From the NCBI GenBank assembly GCA_000091165.1, contig FP565575.1, positions 840,001 through 872,000 on the forward strand: a stretch of DNA of 32,000 nucleotides, written 5' to 3'. The DNA is from Candidatus Methylomirabilis oxygeniifera (GTDB taxonomy: Bacteria > Methylomirabilota > Methylomirabilia > Methylomirabilales > Methylomirabilaceae). A model generated the notes under the pieces. The model was not told the origin of the DNA, ran no database searches, and saw only the letters and a program-made list of their open reading frames with translations. Positions 27,467 to 32,000 of this stretch are shown here, piece by piece. The translations under genes and the position numbers were made by a program. How positions within the stretch are numbered: position 1 is the stretch's first letter; each line of letters starts with the position of its first letter.

Positions 27467-28408
27467 ATGAACTCGACGTTTCGCGACATCCTGTTGGCGC
27501 GGGATTTCACTCTGCTGCGGGCCTACCTGCTGGCGCTGTTGATTCAGATGGTCGGGGTGAGAGCGATGGCGACATTCGGTCTGTTCGGATTAGGCATCAC
27601 GCCCTTTTTCTGGATGGCGACACTGTTCGGCGGATTCGTCTTTGGCCTCGGTATGGCGTTGTCCGGCGGGTGCGCGAGCGGGAGCACCTATCGGTCAGGT
27701 GAGGGGATGGTAGGGTCCATTATCGCGCTGCTCGGCTTTGTGTTCGGGATAACCATGACGAATGACGGTGTGTTGGAGCCGGTACAGGCGACCTTTCGAG
27801 GTTGGGTCGTTGAGATCGACGGGCAGCCTGCGACGCTGGACCGCCTCCTGGGCGTGAGCCCGTGGATCCTGGTTGTGACGTGTGTGACGGTCGGCGGATG
27901 GTGGCTTGTGAAAAGCCCGTCCGGCGGCTATCAGAGAGGATGGAGCTGGGTAAGGAGCGGCTTGACCATCGGCCTGATCGCGACGGCTGCCTGGCCGATC
28001 TCCGCCCTGACCGGACGGGAGTACGGTCTCTCGGTCACTGAACCGATTCGAACCATCTCGGGATTCCTGTTTACGGGTGAGACCGACCGGCTTACCTGGG
28101 GAAGTTTTATGTGGGTCGGGCTCATCGCGGGCGCTCACGTGGCGGCGCGGTCGCATGGAGAGTTTGCCTGGCGTGCTCCCGGTGCGCAACGTCTGCTTCA
28201 GGCGCTCGGGGGTGGTCTGCTGATGGGTATGGGTGCGGGGATTGCGGGTGGCTGTAACATCGGTCACGCACTGACCGGTGTTCCGCTCTTCGGGTTGAGC
28301 AGCATGACGGCGACCCTCAGTATTATGGTGGGTGTCTGGGCTGGAGTCTACCTATTGTTCGGTAGTGTGGCATTTGAACGCGGAGCGCGAAGCGTCCAGC
28401 GGGCGTAG
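27467..28408 (+). CDS. YeeE/YedE (TsuA-like) sulfur-compound transporter
   Basis: Hydrophobic protein with paired motifs LSGGCASGSTYRSGEG and IAGGCNIGHALTG. Confidence 0.88.
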   Translation: MNSTFRDILLARDFTLLRAYLLALLIQMVGVRAMATFGLFGLGITPFFWMATLFGGFVFGLGMALSGGCASGSTYRSGEGMVGSIIALLGFVFGITMTNDGVLEPVQATFRGWVVEIDGQPATLDRLLGVSPWILVVTCVTVGGWWLVKSPSGGYQRGWSWVRSGLTIGLIATAAWPISALTGREYGLSVTEPIRTISGFLFTGETDRLTWGSFMWVGLIAGAHVAARSHGEFAWRAPGAQRLLQALGGGLLMGMGAGIAGGCNIGHALTGVPLFGLSSMTATLSIMVGVWAGVYLLFGSVAFERGARSVQRA

Positions 28409-28452
28409 CGTCTCCCGATCGGAGAGTCGATCGGAGAATGGTGGAGAAGGCG

Positions 28453-28680
28453 ATGGCGAAGTACTCACTTGATGTGACCGGAGAGATCTGTCCGTATCCG
28501 TTGATGTTGACCAAGCAGAAGATGGGGGCGCTCGCGTCCGGCGATCAGTTGGCAGTGATGGTCGATTACGCAAAATCAGTCGAAGACATTCCCCGGTGGG
28601 CCAAAGAAGAGGGGTACTCGGTTCTTGCCGTCTTGGAAGTGGGGAGAACGCAGTGGGAAATCGTTCTGGAAAAGGCATAA
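28453..28680 (+). CDS. TusA-like sulfurtransferase 1
   Basis: LDVTGEICPYPLMLTKQKMGAL, CPxP motif; Met28453 has an upstream GGAG. Confidence 0.88.
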   Translation: MAKYSLDVTGEICPYPLMLTKQKMGALASGDQLAVMVDYAKSVEDIPRWAKEEGYSVLAVLEVGRTQWEIVLEKA

Positions 28681-28701
28681 GCATTCGTGGAGGAGGTCAG
28701 C

Positions 28702-28950
28702 ATGATGAGTGGGGCGCCTGAGCAGACGGTTGAGTCCCTCGATCTGAAGGGCGAGGTGTGCCCCTACACGTTTGTGAAGACCAAATTGGCCTTGGAGGAG
28801 CTACAGAGTGGTCAGGTGCTGAGGGTGATTGTGGACAACCCCGGCTCTGCGGCAAACGTTCCCAGGAGCCTACACAGTGAAGGGCATGTGGTTGTCGATG
28901 TAACGCAACTGAATGACACCGACTGGGCGATTACAGTGAAAAAGGCCTGA
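28702..28950 (+). CDS. TusA-like protein 2
   Basis: LDLKGEVCPYTFVKTKLALEELQSGQVLRVIVDN; AGGAGG just upstream of ATG28702. Confidence 0.87.
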   Translation: MMSGAPEQTVESLDLKGEVCPYTFVKTKLALEELQSGQVLRVIVDNPGSAANVPRSLHSEGHVVVDVTQLNDTDWAITVKKA

Positions 28951-29029
28951 CCTGCCTGGGTAGAGTGGGCCGGGGACGAGACAGCCGACCTGCCCGTGCG
29001 GTGCACGCAGGCAGGTAAAGAGGACATGG

Positions 29030-29965
29030 ATGAAATCAGAAGATATTCTTGATGCAATCGGGAACACACCGTTGGTGGAGCTGCCGCGGATGAGTCCCAA
29101 GAAAGGGGTTCGGATCTTTGCCAAACTGGAGGGGACCAACCCGACCGGCAGCCTGAAGGATCGAATCGTAAAATACATGATCGAGCAGGCCGAGCGGAGC
29201 GGCGAGCTGACGAAGGACAAGACGATCCTGGAGCCGACAAGCGGCAACACCGGTATCGCCTTGGCCATGATCGGACGGAGGAAGGGGTATAAGGTCAAGG
29301 TGGTGATTCCGGAAAACGCCACCCCGGAGCGACGCCAGCTTCTGGAGATCTTCGGCGCCGAGTTGATCTATTCTGATGGGACAAAAGGCAGTAACGGCGC
29401 CATTGAGTTAGCTCAAAAGCTGGTGACGGAGGATCCGACCCTCTATATGCCCTTTCAGTACGGCAATCCGGCCAACCCGATGGCTCACTACGAAACAACC
29501 GGAAAGGAGATCCTGAACGATCTCCCGGAGGTCGATGTCTTTGTGGCCGGCCTTGGGACCGGCGGAACGCTGATGGGCGTCGGTCGACGACTGAAAGAAC
29601 ATGACCCCAAAACCAAGGTGATTGCGGTAGAGCCCAATCCGGGCGATCTGGTGCAGGGACTTCGGAGTCTGGATGAGGGTTTTATCCCCCCGATTCTCGA
29701 CACGAGCCTCCTGGACGGCAAGATCATGGTTGATTCCCGCTGCGCGTTTGCCGCTACCAGAGATCTGACCAACAAGGAAGGGATCTTTGCGGGCGTCTCC
29801 TCCGGCGCTGTTGTGCATGTGGCGATCAGGACGGCACACCGTATGGAGAAGGGCAACATCGTAGTGATCCTGTGCGATACCGGATGGAAGTATATCAGTC
29901 TGGGTGTCTGGCACAAGGAGTTTCCGGAGTTGGGCGAGAACATGTACAGTCATCTCTGGTGGTGA
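29030..29965 (+). CDS. cysM: CysM-type sulfhydrylase, predicted sulfur-carrier-dependent O-phosphoserine sulfhydrylase
   Basis: IGNTPLVEL, KLEGTNPTGSLKDR, EPTSGNTGIALAM, YGNPANPMAHYETTGKEIL, GLRSLDEGFIPPILD, C-terminal ...SHLWW resembling recalled M. tuberculosis CysM. Confidence 0.88.
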   Translation: MKSEDILDAIGNTPLVELPRMSPKKGVRIFAKLEGTNPTGSLKDRIVKYMIEQAERSGELTKDKTILEPTSGNTGIALAMIGRRKGYKVKVVIPENATPERRQLLEIFGAELIYSDGTKGSNGAIELAQKLVTEDPTLYMPFQYGNPANPMAHYETTGKEILNDLPEVDVFVAGLGTGGTLMGVGRRLKEHDPKTKVIAVEPNPGDLVQGLRSLDEGFIPPILDTSLLDGKIMVDSRCAFAATRDLTNKEGIFAGVSSGAVVHVAIRTAHRMEKGNIVVILCDTGWKYISLGVWHKEFPELGENMYSHLWW

Positions 29966-29966
29966 G

Positions 29967-30455
29967 ATGGTCCTCACCGAACGGGAGCTGAACGAGATCT
30001 TTGCGCACGCCGAAGAGGCGTTTCCCGAGGAGGCCTGTGGTATCGTGATAGGCAAACCGGGCGATCCGAATACGAACCTTGTTCGCAGATGCGGAAATCT
30101 GGCGAATCAGTATCACCTGGACGATCCGACTCGGAATCCGAGAGATGCAAAGACCGCCTACATCATGGACCCGAAGGACCTGCTGCGGGTTCAAAGCGAA
30201 GCGGATGCGAAGGGCTTCGAGTTCGTTGTGCTCTATCATTCACACCCGGATCATGAGGCCTACTTCTCCGAGACCGATCGAGAGTTGGCGCTGTTCGACG
30301 GTGAACCAGTGTGGTCTCGGCTGCGCTATCTCGTGGTATCGGTGAAAAATGGAAAGGTCTCGTATTTCAGGGTATTCGGTTGGGACACCATCGAAAAGCA
30401 GTTTACGGCGGAGCCGTCCGCTGTCTTTGAACGAAAAGACCAGCCTCTCGTGTAG
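29967..30455 (+). CDS. JAMM/Mov34 (Mec-type) metallopeptidase
   Basis: EEACGIVIG glutamate motif and YHSHPDHEAYFSETD (HxHx7Sx2D zinc motif); starts 2 nt after the cysM stop. Confidence 0.92.
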   Translation: MVLTERELNEIFAHAEEAFPEEACGIVIGKPGDPNTNLVRRCGNLANQYHLDDPTRNPRDAKTAYIMDPKDLLRVQSEADAKGFEFVVLYHSHPDHEAYFSETDRELALFDGEPVWSRLRYLVVSVKNGKVSYFRVFGWDTIEKQFTAEPSAVFERKDQPLV

Positions 30456-30538
30456 AGCTTCTTGAGGGAATGATACGTGATATGCGGGGCGTTCGAAACT
30501 GAGCCGGATGGTCGCGAGATGAATAGGAAGCCAAGGGC

Positions 30539-31480
30539 ATGATGAATCTTGACGCCGGGCAGATTACGCTCATCGCGATCACGCTCTTTGCGGCTGCCGT
30601 CAATGGGGCGCTGGGATACGGGTTTTCATCGCTGACCGTCCCGGTTGCTCTCATCTTTTATTCCAACCGGATCTTAAATCCCGCCCTGGTGTTGGTAGAG
30701 GTGGCGCTCAACAGCTACGTACTGCTTGTCAATCGACGGAGCATCCCGAAGATCTGGAAGAGGGTGCTGCCGATCGTGTGCGGTCTCATTCCTGGCGTCA
30801 TCGCGGGGAGCTATGCCCTCTCGATGGCAAGTCCGGAATGGCTGAAGCTGATCACGTATCTCATCGTGCTGCCGCTAATCCTGCTGCAGGCGGCAGGGGT
30901 AAGACGGCCGATCCGGTCTGAGCGGCTCATTGGCGTGCCGTTTGGCGCCGGTGTCGGCGTACTCTATTCGACAACCACCATCTCTGGTCCTCCGTTGGCG
31001 CTCCTTTTTAACAATCAGGGCTTTGTCAAAGGCGAGTTTCGAGCCGCCCTTGGCATGATCAGAATGGTCGAATCGACCGTCACAGCGACTGCGTATTATT
31101 ACCTTGGAGTGTACACTGCGGGGAGCGTAGGACTCCTGTGGTCGATCGTGCCGAGCGTGGCGATAGGGATCCCGCTGGGGGCCTACGTCATCAGCCAGAT
31201 GAATGCTGAAACATTTCGCAGAATCTGTATGAGCTTTGACGCCTGGGTAGTGGGCTTCGGCTTATCCAAGGTGCTGATCGATCTGAAATTGACGACCAGC
31301 CCGAGTGGTTACATTGTCTGGCTGGCCGTTATCGTGACTGATCTGACGTTACTCTACGGCTTCTTTACGAGGCAGCCTGAGATCCCGGTGGCCGCCTTGG
31401 CGGTCGATGTCCCTGACGGTAGTCCCAGGCTCATACCGCAGAAAACTCCGGCTGTGACCCCGGATGATCTGGCTACGTAA
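30539..31480 (+). CDS. TauE/SafE-family permease
   Basis: Multi-TM protein; AAAVNGALGYGFSSLTVPVALIFYSNRILNPALVLVEVALNSY...GVLYSTTTISGPPLALLFNNQG. Confidence 0.85.
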   Translation: MMNLDAGQITLIAITLFAAAVNGALGYGFSSLTVPVALIFYSNRILNPALVLVEVALNSYVLLVNRRSIPKIWKRVLPIVCGLIPGVIAGSYALSMASPEWLKLITYLIVLPLILLQAAGVRRPIRSERLIGVPFGAGVGVLYSTTTISGPPLALLFNNQGFVKGEFRAALGMIRMVESTVTATAYYYLGVYTAGSVGLLWSIVPSVAIGIPLGAYVISQMNAETFRRICMSFDAWVVGFGLSKVLIDLKLTTSPSGYIVWLAVIVTDLTLLYGFFTRQPEIPVAALAVDVPDGSPRLIPQKTPAVTPDDLAT

Positions 31481-31528
31481 GTCTATTTCTAGGCCGTTGG
31501 CGGGCGATGAATGATGGAGAGGGTAATC

Positions 31529-32000
31529 ATGAATAATGCGAGCGAACCGGTGGACGCTGAGCAGCCGGCAAACGTTTTAACTCCGACTAATGGACGGATC
31601 AATCAAGAAAAGGCGCAGTCCGCGAACGGGTCGTCCTGGGCCAGTGAGGAGGACATCGACACCTTCGATCAGTTTGTCCGGAGATTTTGGAAGGGGGAGA
31701 TCTCCCCGGACGAATTCAAGCGGTTCCGCCTGCAGAACGGGATCTATGGACAGCGGCAGGAAGGGGAGCAGATGTTTCGGATCAAGATCCCGTGGGGCGG
31801 CCTCAGTGCGGCTCAATTGGAGTTACTCGCCGAGTTGGCGGCGAAGGCTCCGAATGGGGTAGCCCACGTCACGACCCGCCAGAACATCCAGCTTCACTTC
31901 ATCAAGCTCGAGCAGGTAACAGGACTGATGAGGAGCCTGGCCTCGGTCGGCCTGACGACCAGAGAGGCCTGCGGCAACACCGTTCGCAACGTCACGGTCG
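31529..32000 (+). CDS. Nitrite/sulfite reductase (siroheme, ferredoxin-type), N-terminal part; runs off window
   Basis: FKRFRLQNGIYGQRQEGEQMFRIKIPWGGLSAAQLELLAELAAKAPNGVAHVTTRQNIQLHFIKLEQVTGLMRSLASVGLTTREACGNTVRNVTV; GGAGAGGG upstream of ATG31529. Confidence 0.9.
   Translation, partial: MNNASEPVDAEQPANVLTPTNGRINQEKAQSANGSSWASEEDIDTFDQFVRRFWKGEISPDEFKRFRLQNGIYGQRQEGEQMFRIKIPWGGLSAAQLELLAELAAKAPNGVAHVTTRQNIQLHFIKLEQVTGLMRSLASVGLTTREACGNTVRNVTV

Noticed and set aside
1-32000. CRISPR array
   Set aside because: No regularly spaced direct repeats and no cas-like proteins were seen; the recurring C-run/G-run hairpins are only two dispersed copies.

Overview
High-GC bacterial window whose gene content and dispersed hairpin repeats would fit an NC10/Methylomirabilis-like genome (organism guess only). 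It holds: a partial ACT-like C-terminus; a tandem universal stress protein; a Na,K-ATPase-like P-type ATPase; GNAT; a Lon-like AAA protease; a DUF2934-Hsp20 fusion; YbaK; an adenosine-specific kinase; an accessory island (two IS3-family elements, a zinc-ribbon hypothetical, a Sel1-repeat protein, a HigBA-type TA pair); a bacterial CDC48/VAT-type AAA ATPase; a second USP; a tandem rhodanese; a GalT-like protein; pncA-pncB; a tRNA-Arg with an unusual GCG anticodon; and a beta-carbonic anhydrase. The main result is the right-hand 7 kb (24.8-32.0 kb), a compact sulfur-assimilation locus: Rrf2 regulator, CysK, a CysO-like sulfur carrier fused in frame to its MoeB/MoeZ-type E1, YeeE/TsuA-like transporter, two TusA-like proteins, a CysM-like (predicted O-phosphoserine) sulfhydrylase, a JAMM/Mec-type peptidase, TauE/SafE permease and a sulfite/nitrite reductase. 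The carrier's Gly-Gly is internal (26555-26560), so the system is predicted to need proteolytic maturation or an in-cis mechanism. All assignments come from reading motifs and recalled family sequences; no search was run.
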